Shown: piece by piece, positions 46,482 to 58,870 of the stretch
Numbering within the stretch: position 1 is the stretch's first letter
How the letters are laid out: every line of letters begins with the position of its first letter
Source of the DNA: Podarcis muralis
Taxonomy: Eukaryota
Length of the DNA stretch: 64,000 bases
Direction of reading: 5' to 3'
NCBI RefSeq assembly: GCF_964188315.1
Contig: NC_135655.1
Location: 64,108,001 to 64,172,000 of the forward strand
Made by a program: the position numbers and the translations under genes
The notes under the pieces: model-generated
What the model was told of the DNA's origin: nothing
What the model saw: only the letters and a program-made list of their open reading frames with translations
Databases searched by the model: none

Positions 46482-48779
46482 TATATTATCCTGCCTAGTT
46501 TAGGAAACTAATAGTAAATTCAAGATTATTAAATGTCTGTTTCTATTGTTAAGGTTTTCTGAAGATTGCATAACAGAATGGCTTCAAATCCTGTTAAATA
46601 TTATTTGAAATACTACCTGAATGCTGTTTGTATTTAGCTGGTTAGTTGGGTTTTGGCCTAAGGTGGCTCACAGCAGTGTTGTCAGCCCTCCCCCCCCCTC
46701 CCTCCTGTCTAGGGATTTTTTTTTCTAAAGAAGAAAAACCCAGAAATCTAGCTCATATGAAACGAACCATTGCTTGTTGGACCCATATATCCTGTATTAA
46801 ACTGGGCATGTAAGAGAATGTGAGGTGGGGAATCGATTGGAAATGTGACATTGGAATTAAGCCAGAAAGAGAAGGAGAGAAGAGTTAGGAAATACACACA
46901 CTTGTTAAACATGGTAGAAAAATAAGGCTGCAATACTTGGCACGCTTACCTTGAAATGATCTCCACTGAGTACGGTGAGATTTATGTTGAGTGAACCTCT
47001 GGGGGATTGTTCTACATAAGTGAGTCCTATGTTGTAGGTGAAGATTGAAGCCAAGTTCGAGATCTGAAAGAGCATTCTACTAATTTCTAGAACAGAAATT
47101 GTCTTTTAATCAATTTCATACCAGTACGTTGATATGGCAGCAACTAGAATAAAAATATGCTAAAATGTATATAACTTCTTAAGTATGATATAAAACATAT
47201 AAATGAAATAACCCATGCTTAATTATAATAAAAGGCTTACAACCTTGTGTTGCTTTAGAAACTTTTGGACTGTGACCATTTCAGAGTTGAAAAATAATTG
47301 CCTAGAATCTCTTCGTATGTTTCCCCCACCTTACTAGTATTTGATAAAAGAAGGGCGTGTTCAGGAGGCCATCCTTGCTAGGCCACAGATTACAAACAAT
47401 AGGAAAATTGTGTTCATTTTTTCTTCTGCCTTTGTTTTTTGATAAAACAAAGATTCTTTGATTTTAAATTGTTACTCGAGTTTCACTTTTTCCAGACTCT
47501 GTGACAGCATTATCACAGAGCTGAAAGTAAAACTTCATTTTTATTGTATTAATACACAGCTGCCAGTGTTTGTTTTTATCATGTTTTACCTACAGATACT
47601 TTGGCAGCCTAAATAACCATATAGTTTTATATATTATTTCAAAATTATTATGTATTTTATTGAATATGCAAATTTCCTAAAACTGCATTCCAGTAGGAAA
47701 ACCTTGCATAACAAATTTAAGTGAATTTTTGTGTGTCTTTTAATTGGGAGGTCAAAATTTTAAAAAGTTAGGTTACAAAAGGGTTTTGTTTAGTAGCTGA
47801 GGTCAAGTTTTTATAAAGCTAAAACTTTAACGTGAGTAAAGGCAGGACCATTCTTGTTCAGTCTAAGCCTTGGAGCAATTTCAGCTATTTTAATTAGCTA
47901 CCATTTTTTTGTTTTAGGTATGCAATCTAACCTGCCTATTAAGGGTACTCATCACTTGTCAACATAATTGACTTTATCACCTTTTTGAAAGTTGAAAAAG
48001 GTAATCTCTAGAAAAGTACAAAACAGTGATTTGCTAAATATAATTATACAAAATATAACTTGTCAAAATTTACCTTCCTGCTGAATGGCAGTGTGCCAAG
48101 TATTGTAACATATATGTTTGCTAACTTTGTTTTGGCATGTGCTAATTAAAAACAAGTGACACAGACTAACCTCCCCTGAGCTTAATAACTACTATGGACA
48201 TTAGCAAAATATTTTAGATGGAATTTTAGATGGTGGGAATGATTAAAATAGTCTTATCATGTTACCTACAGCACTTTAGGTAAGATGTTCTATAACTTAG
48301 GAAATGCTCACCTTAGGTCATACTATTAGACTATAGTACTGTGAATGCTGATGATTTAATAAATTAATAATGATGGGTTGTGACAGATTCTCAGAAGCTC
48401 TAGGGCAACCTGTCTAGACTATCTGCACTACAGACTGTCATATTTGCAGATATACTGCATTCAATTCTCCTCAACCATAGCTTTCAAAGCTTGTTATGTT
48501 TAGGGGCTTCTAATGATAGTACCGATAATTTTAAAACTGTTAAGTAGTCACATTTGTTGTTCTGTATTGTGTGTAATTCAGTATTATCTGTTTATAAAAT
48601 CATGCTCTGAAAAGAGGCGTATAAATTAAAATAGATTTATTGGAGATCCTGTACTTAATTCTCACATAATTTATTTAAACTGTGAGTAGATACAGCAGAC
48701 TAACAGTGACTTGTTTTTCCTGCTCCTGCACCAATTATAGCGTTTAGTTTAGTTTCCTTATTTTTTTCAGCTTCTAATA

Positions 48780-49480
48780 TAGCTTCTAAATAGATTAAGA
48801 ATCTCCATAATAATAATAAACTGAGCCAGTTGCATATTCGGAACTGGATTGCACCCCTTCTGAAATAACAGGTTTGTGGGGTGATCCTGGATGTTACTCA
48901 AGTCTCTGGTAGCCTCAGTGGCCAGGCCTGCCTTTTACTAGTTGGTATGCCAACAATGGCCATTCTTGACCATAGTGATTAATGTACTGGTAACCTCAAA
49001 ACTTGGTTATTGCAACCTGCTCTTGGTTTTTGCAATGTGGGACTACCCTTGGGCCTGGTCCAAAAGCTCCAGCTGCTGTGAAAGGCTGTGGTTAGACTGT
49101 TGGTGGGGATAGGCTTAAAAGCTTGCACTGGCTGTCCATGTTACCAGGTCAAGTTCTGGGTTCTTGTATTCTTTTACAATGCCGTTAACAACTTGGGTCC
49201 AGGATATCCTTAGGACTGCCTGATTCCTTGTAACTCTGCCCAACCACCGAAATCCTTTGTTATTGGTTCCCTGTGATTTAGCTACATGGCTGTGGGCTGT
49301 GCATTCAGTATTATGGGCCTAATTCTGTGGAACTTCAGGTGCTTGATGAAGCTCTTTCTATTTCAGTTGTCATTTTAAGAAAGTTTCCTGTTTTTATGAG
49401 TAATGTTAACTGAATTTATCTACTATTGAATTTTTATAATTTCTAGGTACTATGCTTAAGCGGTGTATAAATAGCTGAAA
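48780..49480 (+). mobile_element. degraded L2 3' fragment
   Basis: Remnants such as gtaacctcaaaacttggttattgcaac and aagctccagctgctg, with a 3' end gcttaagcggtgtataaat. Boundaries are approximate. Confidence 0.55.
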
Positions 49481-51089
49481 TAGAAAGGAATGTGTATTTG
49501 TCTAAAAAGATACTTAAAATCAGTTCTGTTGGTTCTGTTTTAAAATGCCCCATGCACTTGGAGCTTCTTGTTATGTGGTAGAGGGACAATTCACATGAAA
49601 ACCAGTTTTAAAAAACATTAAGGGACAAATCTGTAGCATGGAAGCTTATTCTCAGCCAGTCAGATCTATGGCAAGTATTAGAGAAGTCCTAATGTGCAGC
49701 CAGAACATGAGCATTGACTTCAGGAGACTGCTTCCTTTAACCTCTTATTGAGAAGTTGCCACTGGGTGTACATGTTCTGGGTATTAAGTCCTAATCAAAA
49801 CCACAAGAAGGTGGAGCTATATGGCAAGTATCATGGGTTGCAGGAGTAACTGACATGGTGCCCCTGCCCATGTTGTAGGGCTTCAGTTGCCGTCATACTT
49901 GCCCATGGTCCTGCTTCCTGGGGTTGATGGGAGTTGGAGTCTAACAACATCTGGAGGATGCCACATTGCCCACACCAGCCTTAATGGATTTGTGGATCTA
50001 GAACTTTTTGCTCAAAAAAATGTATCAGCTTTCTGAGTTTGTGTTCCCATGCGGCTTGCTTTTTCACAAGGATATATTGTATAAATAAGAACATGCTTCA
50101 CTTTCTGATTGTTACTTATATTGTATGGTAGGAAAATGCAGGAGCTAATTTCTGTGGTGTCAAAATACCTGTAGCAAACAATGGGATGCGGGGTGGGGGT
50201 GGGGGGAGAATGGTCCAGGCTGTGTAGGCTTTGAATAGTAACATAAGTACTGAAGCTGGGAACAATGGCTGCTATCAGAATAGCCCCATATGAGTGCACT
50301 TTAGATCTTTTGAATAAACAAAAGTTTAGTGACCTAGAAATGAATCAATAAAAAAAGCTATTCTCTATGTGACAAATTGAATAACTGAAGGATTCTTAGA
50401 GAAGCATTGACTCTAACCATCCAAGATACATTGTTTGTGAAGGTTTTCTGAAACACATTAAATCCTTTGAGCACTGTAGCAGACAGTGAGGTGTTCTGTA
50501 TTTAGGTTGCTCACTGTTTACTCTCACTGAAAGTTTAGCATTAGAGGAACCAAAACACTTATTTTCTTACAGCTCCTTGTTCTTTTGGAAAACTTGAAAA
50601 CCTAACATTACAAATGTGAGCTATAAAATGCAGCCTGGCTCATTTAGTAACATAGCAAATGTTATTGCTTCAGTATTGTTTGAGACCAATTGCATGGTGT
50701 TTATCTAAACCTCAGCTGAAATATTTTTCTTTCAACTAATTGTTATTGATGATTATCAGTATCAAAATTATTGAGCTAATAGAAACAAATAGCTCTATCT
50801 TAACTAATAAAAAAATTGCAGCCATGTCCCATTACTAATCAGAGTATCATTTCATGTTGAAATGCTGGAATCAGATTTTTTTTCTACAACAAACACTGAA
50901 TATTTATTTAGTGCATTCTTATTCAGACTTTCCTTGAAGCTCAGGACAGTGTACAGCACAACAACCCTGTGAGGTATCTTAGGCCAATAGATCATGACTG
51001 ACCCAAGATCACCCAGTGGGGTTACTGGTTGAGTGGGGAATTAATTATACACAAAATTAATGGGCAGGTTTCTTAACACCTGTCTGTTC

Positions 51090-51971
51090 CATCTCTGCTA
51101 GATTAGTTTCAATTGTTGTGTCCTGAGGATGTGGGCAGGCAGCTTGAGGAAGTATGGCCAACCACCTGCACATTTCTTAGAGCTAACTGTAGGGGGTGGA
51201 TCCAGGGAGTGATCAATGCTGCACTGGAGCAGGTGGTACCGTCCACCTACAAGGAGATGGTGTGTCCCCTCCTTGGATCAAGAACTGTTCAACAGCTATT
51301 GTTCAGTGGTGAACATCAGCTTTTGGGGCAAGAGAGGGTGTGGTGGTCCAGCTTCAGGCATGCTTGGAGGAAACTCATTATCTGGAGCCATTCCAGACTG
51401 GCTTCAGACCCAGTCATGGCCCTGAAACTGCTTTGGTCACTCTGGTTGATGACATTTATATGAAGCTGAATCAGGAGAACTGGAGTGCATATTATATTCA
51501 GCTCTTTCTCTTTGTTCTACATAAATCAGGAGAGGTGGTTGATGTATAAGATGAGTTCTTGGAGGCCATGATGAGCTGGATAAAGGCCAATGAATTAAAG
51601 CTGGCTCCTGAAAATACAGACATGTTTTGTATCCAAGTTCTCAAGTCCTAGAGGTGAGGAGATTGCATATTCTTAGATTCCTCTGGAAGGAACAGTTACA
51701 TAGCTTGTATGGGCTCAGTGGAGGCTCAGGTGGCTGCAGTGGTTAAGAGTGCCTTTTCGCACCTATGGCTGGTTTACTAGCTACAACTCCTTTTAGACAG
51801 AGACAACTGATTACTGCACTCCATGCTCTGGTAACTACCAGATTGGATTATTGCAATGTGCATGGAGTTGCCCCAGATTTCTAGCTGGGGTTTCATTTTA
51901 AAACAGGTGCATTGCCAGTTTGTTTCTGGGCCCTATTCAAAGTGTTCACTTTAGTGCTTAAAGCCCTAAGT
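51090..51971 (+). mobile_element. degraded L2 ORF2 (RT) fragment
   Basis: Encodes LEPFQTGFRPSHGPETALVTLVDD (L2 RT motif) and later cagattggattattgcaat and ttcaaagtg...ttaaagccctaa. Confidence 0.7.
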
Positions 51972-52222
51972 CATGGGTATGCAAACTAAGGCCCGGGGGC
52001 CGGATCCAGCCCAATCGCCTTCTAAGTCCGGCCCATGGACGGTCCAGGAATCAGCATGTTTTTAAATGAGTAGAATGCGTCCTTTTATTTAAAATGCATC
52101 TCTGGGTTATTTGTGGGGCATAGGAATTCGTTCTCCCCCCCCCCCAAAAAAAATATAGTCATCCCCCCAAGGACTGAGGAACAGTGGACCGGCCCCTTGC
52201 TTTAAAAGTTTGCTGACCCCTG
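51972..52222. mobile_element. hAT (Charlie/Buster-type) MITE inserted in the L2 fragment
   Basis: Ends catgggtatgcaaact / agtttgctgacccctg and a TSD CCCTAAGT / CCCCAAGT. Confidence 0.8.
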
Positions 52223-52635
52223 CCCCAAGTGATTGCTTCTTTTTCTATAGAAACTGGTGTTAAGATCAACAGAGAGAACCCTCATGGTAGTTTCACTACC
52301 CTCTCAGGTTTTGGTAGCCAGCCACTGTTCTTAGAGGAGAACTAGGTATGACAACTCAAATTCCTTAGGGAAAAAAGTAGGATATAAACACAATAAATTA
52401 ATTAATAAAAATAGTAATGACCTAGATGAGGATATTCTCTGTGACAGCCTCTATGTTGTGGGATTCCCTCCCCACAACTTAGGTGCATCTGGCACTTTCA
52501 TTTTACAGTTTTTGTTGCATCCTAATTTGTTTTAAACTGTTTTTAATGCTAGTGGTGCAGCAATAAAACTGCTAGCACATTTGCAAAGCCAGGCAGGGCC
52601 CAGTATGGTTTTAAATTGGATTGGGGATCATATGT

Positions 52636-52705
52636 TGAGATTCCTGTATTGCAAGGGGTTGAACTCGATGATCCTTGGAGTCCCTTCCAACTCTGCAGTT
52701 CTATG
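52636..52705 (+). mobile_element. CR1 3' terminal stub
   Basis: gagattcctgtattgcaaggggttgaactcgatgatccttggagtcccttccaactctgcagttctatg. Confidence 0.7.
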
Positions 52706-52995
52706 TTGTATTTTAAATTGGTATAACCTACCTTGGGATCTTATGGTGAAGAGTAGGTAATGAATCACAGTATTATTATTATTCATAAAAACAATAAATA
52801 TCATTGTTAATACTCATGGTAGTTGAAGGGAACCTTCATGTTCAGAGACAATATGCCTCTGAATACCAATTGCTTTGGAACAAACAATGAAGGAAGGCTA
52901 TGGCCTTCATCCTTTGTATGTCCTCAGAACTGTCTACACGGCCACTATTGGAAATAGGATGCTGGACTAGATGGCATCTTAGTCTTATCCAATGG

Positions 52996-53188
52996 AATAA
53001 TGTGTATTCAATAATGTGCATCCAATGAGATAATGTGTACTGAAGAAGTGTGCATGCACACGAAATCTCATACCGATAACTAACTTAGAGACCAAGTTCT
53101 TAGAGACCTTAGGTGCTACTGGAAGGGGGGGGGGGTTATTTTGTTTCGACTACGGCAGACCAGCACAGCTACCTACCTGTAACTAGAA
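52996..53188 (+). mobile_element. short Penelope-like (pseudo-LTR) insertion within an older SINE
   Basis: ctgaagaagtgtgcatgcacacgaaa...aggtgctactgga...gactacggcagacc resembles squamate Penelope ends. It is flanked by an 11-bp direct repeat TTATCCAATGG (52985-52995, 53189-53199). Confidence 0.6.
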
Positions 53189-53612
53189 TTATCCAATGGG
53201 GTTCTTCATTTGTTCCTGTTTTTTTCTAGGAGTGGGGAAGTGAAGCCTAAGGGACAATGGTCACTTCAGCAGTTTAAAGCTTCAGTCCTGTACACACCTA
53301 CCTGGGAGTAAGTCCTATTGAACTTAATGGGACTTACTTCTAAATCATGGGTTGGGATTTTATTTTATTTTAGCTGAAAGACCATATTCCCTCATGGGCA
53401 ACTTTCTGGGGGCTGCATGCCAGTGGTGGGCGTAGCTCTAGGCAAATGTGGGTTATTTTTGCAGTTGTATAATAGGCTACATTCCAGCCATGTAGACACG
53501 CATCCATCCAGGCAAGCAACATACATTATCATCATTCAGGAAACAGGCAAGCCAGGAAAAATAATTGAGCAGGGCCAGAAGAGGCTAGCCTGGGGAGGGG
53601 TGTTACCTGAGC

Positions 53613-53737
53613 CAGTGGCGGAGCTTCATGCTCTGGCACCAGGGGGGCGTGGCGAGCGTCCTGGGGGCATGGCGTGCCGCGATGGCACACTGCTGGGGAC
53701 GGTGCGCTGCCCCCGCACACCTCTTCCTCCGCCAGTG
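53613..53737. mobile_element. 125-bp GC-rich hAT MITE
   Basis: TIRs cagtggcggag / ctccgccagtg and a TSD ACCTGAGC / ACCTGAGT. Confidence 0.82.
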
Positions 53738-54370
53738 ACCTGAGTAGAGCCCCAAGGGTCAGGTGAAGATGGTGTATCTGAGGTTCTCTAACCCTGTTTT
53801 AAGTAGACATCCACAGGATTGTACTATACAAGTTCCTTAATTAAACTAAACATTTGACTTATTTTTTGTGGGTACATAATGCCAACAATATGCTCTGCAT
53901 TTTGAAAAATTACGATAGGTTCGTCTTTTTTAAAGAGAAAGTTTAAAATCCTTACTGCAGTCTAGAAGTAAGAACTCTAAACAAAAACAAAATTAAGGCA
54001 TGTGAGTAATCATCAAATATCATCGTAATAATTTCAGTAAAATCAGGCCTTCAGTTCTAAAATCCATTTAATTTATTACCACATCCAAAAGTTTTGTTGT
54101 ACTGGTAAAATTTGGCAAAAGTGGAACATCCATTACTATGGCGGTACTTCAGGTCACAGCTGGTATCTAATCCATTTCTCTTACTTCTAAAGTAGCCTAA
54201 AGTTGCCTGCAGCCTACATGTCTGAACCCTAAGCAAAGCACCAAAATATAAATGTTGGTTCAGATCCCCTTATGTCAGATTTTAATATTTAATATCTCTT
54301 ACAGTTGAATTCTTAAAGTTGAAGTCCCCATGCACCTTTAAAGATGCAGAAGGATTCTTTCTCTTTGTAG

Positions 54371-54462
54371 ATGAAGAAATTTCTAACAATCTGAATTGAT
54401 ACAAATGACAATGTTTATGAAGAAATTTCTAACAATATGAATTGATACAAATGACAATGTTT
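54371..54462. repeat. tandem duplication, 2 x 46 bp
   Basis: atgaagaaatttctaacaat(c/a)tgaattgatacaaatgacaatgttt occurs twice with one mismatch. Confidence 0.95.
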
Positions 54463-55279
54463 AGGGAAGCCACTGCTTCAGTATTTAGAATGCTGAGGTC
54501 TAAAGGTGATGATAGGTCAGCTTTCAGCATGAGAGCAAGAGTACATGGTGTCACCTTTTACTAGTTTAGGAAGGCTTTTACATGATCCCATACTCCTTGA
54601 AGCAACACAGCAGACTATTTTTATTTAGGTTTCCCCCTATTATATTTGTAGCAGATCCTATGATTCATATATATATATGGATATATGTATAGTTTATTCA
54701 ACAAAATGCTTAAGGATGCTGATAAGAGCTCAGTACTGTTATGATAGTTAAGATTTCACATTTATTTCTCTACGGAAATAAACAAATCAAATATTTTTCT
54801 TTGTAATAACATAGCAAATTCTGGAAATTTCTGAAGCCAATGAAGATTTCAGCAGGAGTAACACTCCTAAAAGCCACAACTGGTTAAACAGTAATTATGT
54901 ATCTCTAATAATGTTCTAAAGAGCTTCTTTAATAGCAATGGAAGTTGTGAAAATGGCATCCTGCTAATGGTTATGCACAATGTGGTGGTGGTAGAGCTGC
55001 TGCTGTCAAGTCTCTCATATTTTCAGAGATGTGCCTTTTCTAGACTGGCCTAAAAGAAAGGCTTATGACACATGATTCTCTAAGAGTGGATCTATCCATC
55101 CGCTTGGGGTATCTTTTGGGGCCCCTACAGTCCTGTGAATACATATGGAGCAGCATAAGCCCAATGGTAGAGGCACTGACAGTACACAGTTGTGGTCTCT
55201 TTTGCCCTATCTATGTTTCTTCCACACCACCAAATGTGGCTTGTCATGCTAATAATGTGCATGCTTTGTTTTTTCACAG

Positions 55280-55401
55280 AGGAAGATGTATACGGTATTT
55301 ATTCCAATCTGTTGTTCAAGCATTTCCTTTCAGAGGGAATAGTCTGTGGACACCATTTATTTGTTGCTTCAGATAAAGAGGAGCCTGCTGATATTGTAAA
55401 G
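55280..55401 (+). CDS. ELP4: ELP4 exon 3 (122 nt, phase 1-0)
   Basis: ttttcacAG|AG GAA GAT ... GTA AAG|GTAAAG = (E)[40 protein letters not shown]. This matches the recalled [25 protein letters not shown]. Confidence 0.95.
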
Positions 55402-56248
55402 GTAAAGAAAAAAATACATCCATGTAATTATTGCTTAATATCTTCTAATCTAGATGGTGCTAAAAGCAACCCTAAAGCTGGCAGACATTCCTATGCCCTG
55501 TATGAGAACTCTGTTAGTAAAGGACTTGTGTGTTACCATACCAACCATGCCTTGCCTACTCCCTCCATGTAAAAAGTAGTGTATGTGTCAGGAGAGTATA
55601 GTGTTATTAATTACCTAAAATCTTCCTGAATACGTTACCTGTACCTTGATTAAATTCAGTAATTATAGTGATTCAGAGAAACTAGGGGTGGAGATTGTGT
55701 TGGGGAAATGGGGCAAAGAAAAGAAGTAAAATGACATCACATCTTGAGTTTGAAGTGCTTGTACTTCTCATACTAGGTACCAATGAGATTGACCAAACAG
55801 GAGCCTGAATGCCATTTTTTATGAAGCATGGGTTGGTGGCACACACAGAGTAGTGTGTAGTAGTTTGAGTAGTATGAATTAGTTTGCCATTTTATTTTAT
55901 ATTGTTGTGTTATATTGTTGTTGTGTTGATTTGTGGGGCCTAGCTTTAGAAATAACTGAAACTAACCATATATAAATACGTATATAAAAACTTCAGTTAC
56001 CAGAAGTTGAAAATATCAAATACACTTAATATCAGCACATTATATCAATACTCCACAATAAGACTTGTTTTAAACGTCTTTTAAAAATATAGTATTATGT
56101 AGCAAACTATGAAAAGTAGCTTTTGTACTTGTTGTTCTTCCTGGCCTTTATCACCTGAGCCTTAGGATTTGGATATTCATTGATTTCTGTTGGCCCCACA
56201 ACCTACCTTAAAGAGGTAGGGGCAGCAGCACAGACAACACTGGGGAGT

Positions 56249-56660
56249 GTTGTTGTTGTTTAGTCGTTTAGTCGTGTCCGACTCTTCGTGACCCCATGGA
56301 CCAGAGCACGCCAGGCACTTCTGTCTTCCACTGTCTTCTGCAGTTTGGTCAGACTCATGTTTGTAGCTTCGAGAACACTGTCCAACCATCTCATCCTCTG
56401 TCGTCCCCTTCTTCTTATGCCCTCAATCTTTCCCAACATCAGGGTCTTTTCCAGGGAGTCTTCTCTTCTCATGAGGTGGCCAAAGTATTGGAGCCTCAGC
56501 TTCACGATCTGTCCTTCCAGTGAGCACTCAGGGCTAATTTCCTTAAGAATGGATGCGTTTGATCTTCTTGCAGTCCATGGGACTCTCAAGAGTCTCCTCC
56601 AGCACCGTAATTCAAAAGCATCAATTCTTCGGCGATCAGCCTTCTTGATGGTCCAGCTCT
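56249..56660 (-). mobile_element. Bov-B (RTE clade) LINE 3' fragment, 5'-truncated
   Basis: ORF 56260-56589 RVPWTARRSN...LQYFGHLMRREDSLEKTLMLG...RGRQRMRWLD...KSRTRLND is the Bov-B C-terminus. (CAA)n tail and an 11-bp TSD CACTGGGGAGT (56238-56248, 56661-56671). Confidence 0.93.
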
Positions 56661-58511
56661 CACTGGGGAGTACTTCTGGCTAAAAGATAACATGGCAGCT
56701 AGCTGTGCAGCGGACACAAGTCTCAAAGAGGCCATAGAATAATGAGTCAGTAGATAGATTAGCAAAGCAGAGAAAAGGCTGGAGGAAGCTGAGTAAGGAA
56801 GCAAGAGGTGAAGGCTTGGAAAAAGGGAACAAGGAGGAAGAGAAAGAGGAAAAATGAGAAAGAAGAGAATATAGAGGATCAGAGCTGGGAAGCTTTATCT
56901 CAATGGAGATTGAGACTAGCAGCTAGGAGGAAAATAGGGGAAGGTCTGGATCTAACAACCCCAGCGCCGCATCCAGAAAGTCTGAGAGGCAGGTCCCAGC
57001 TGTGATCTTTCGTTGTTTGAGGTAAAGGATAAGATGGTGCCCTAGTAGATTCAACATACAGAAGATGATCAGACTGGCAGCTGAATCATACTTAAACGCT
57101 GATAATGGGTCACTGTGCTCTACTACACCTAAGGACAGCAGACTAACACATGGAGTGTATGGCAGACTTCATAGCAGACACAGCTCTGACCTACAACACT
57201 TCATTCTCATTCCCATTCCTTCCACCCTCACATCTATGGCCTGAGGCTCCTACATCTCTCTGCCTAATTGTAGGGTTGCCCTGTTGAGAGGGAAATGTTT
57301 TGTTGAATATCTGTTATGAAATGTAAATTCACCTTCACTTTTGTGTCCTCATTAGGCTTTTTTCTTGAATTAATACTCTTAAACATGAACAAAAGAGGGA
57401 AAGGTTTACTGGAATTTCTGTTTACAGTGACATGTGTATCAGACATTCATTGAGCACATTAAGGGTTGATTTCATCTGTTATGCTATGATCTTTCACAGA
57501 AGATAACTCTTTCCATGGCTGTGGTCAAGCTGGTGGTATCAGAGCTTTTAGGTCTCCAAATACAAGTTTCTGGGAAACAAAATCAGAAGAGCTGTGTTGT
57601 GCTCATAACCTGCATATGGACTTCCCATAGGCATCTGGCTTCCCACTATAAGAAAAGAATGAGATGGGCTTTTGGTTTGATCTACCCTTATCTCAATAAT
57701 CTGGGTTTTATTAGACAGTAGGTTTGGAAATGTTCCAATGTTACTTACTGTCACTCCATCCCAATAAACCATTGCTCCTTAACAGCATATCATCAGCTTG
57801 CAACTAATCCAGTATATGGGTGACTAACAACAAGCTAAGACAATTTATACATATGATTCACTGTAGAAATTTTTGAATTGACCTGTTTTAATTTTATGAT
57901 ATGTGATTGGGAGTTTCTTGATCTTATAACCAAGACAAATATTGCTGGTTCTAGGAGAGGGAAGAGATGGTTTTATAGACCATAATTATGTTAAAACTGT
58001 GTAACTAAAAGACACGTAGAACATAAAAAAGCCCCATCAGCTGCCTAAGATATATTATATTACCACCCAGCAATTTATCCATCATCCTTTGAAAACACAT
58101 TCATGCCTATTGTAGTCAAAGCTTCTTCAGGAAGTCAGCATTAAGATGTAACATTGTTGAAAAATTACACCCCTGTAAAAATCCTATAGAACAATATACA
58201 GGGGGTTTTAAACAGGATATTTAAAACATTTCTCTTCAGTCACTTCATCTTTCTAACAGACAGCTGTACTGCTGCATACTAGAACATAATAAATTATAAA
58301 GTAAAAACTAAACCAAATCTTTATGTGACCTGATTACAGTGTCATGCAGAATTATTCTTCAGTATTTTGTAGAATCCAGAAAGTGTGCTTAGGAAGATAC
58401 ATGTGATGAGTTGTAAGTGGGACTCATTTTCATTCTAACAAGTGAAGGTTAGCAGTGTGCTTCAGTGTTGTTGGTTTCATTGGTTTTGGGGTCCATTTAA
58501 CCTCTGTTCAG

Positions 58512-58870
58512 AAGGATGCCAGTGGAGCTGTGGTCTAAACCACTGAGCCTAGGGCTTGCCAATCGGAAGGTCAGTGGTTCGAATCCCCGCGACGGGGTGA
58601 GCTCCCGTTACTTGGTCCCAGCTCCTGCCAACCTAGCAGTTCAAAAGCACGTCAAATGCAAGTAGATAAATGGGTACTGCTCGGATGGGAAGGCAAACAG
58701 TGTTTCTGTGCGCTGCTCTGGTTTCACCAGAAGCGGCTTAGTCATACTGGCCACATGACCCGGAAACTGTCTGCACACAAACGTCGGCTCCCTCAGCCAG
58801 TAAAGTGAGATGAGCGCCATAACCCCAGAGTCGTTCGTGACTGGACTTAACTGTCAGGGGTCCTTTACCC
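58512..58870 (+). mobile_element. full-length Sauria SINE, older subfamily, in ELP4 intron 3
   Basis: A box (agtggagctgtgg), B box (ggttcgaatcc), an ACCTTT-like tail, and a TSD TTTAACCTCTG(T/C)TCAG (58496-58511, 58871-58886). Confidence 0.9.

Noticed and set aside
50183-50206. G-quadruplex motif GGG-ATGC-GGGG-T-GGGGG-T-GGGGGG
   Set aside because: It is an isolated intronic G-run of a kind common by chance, with no supporting context.
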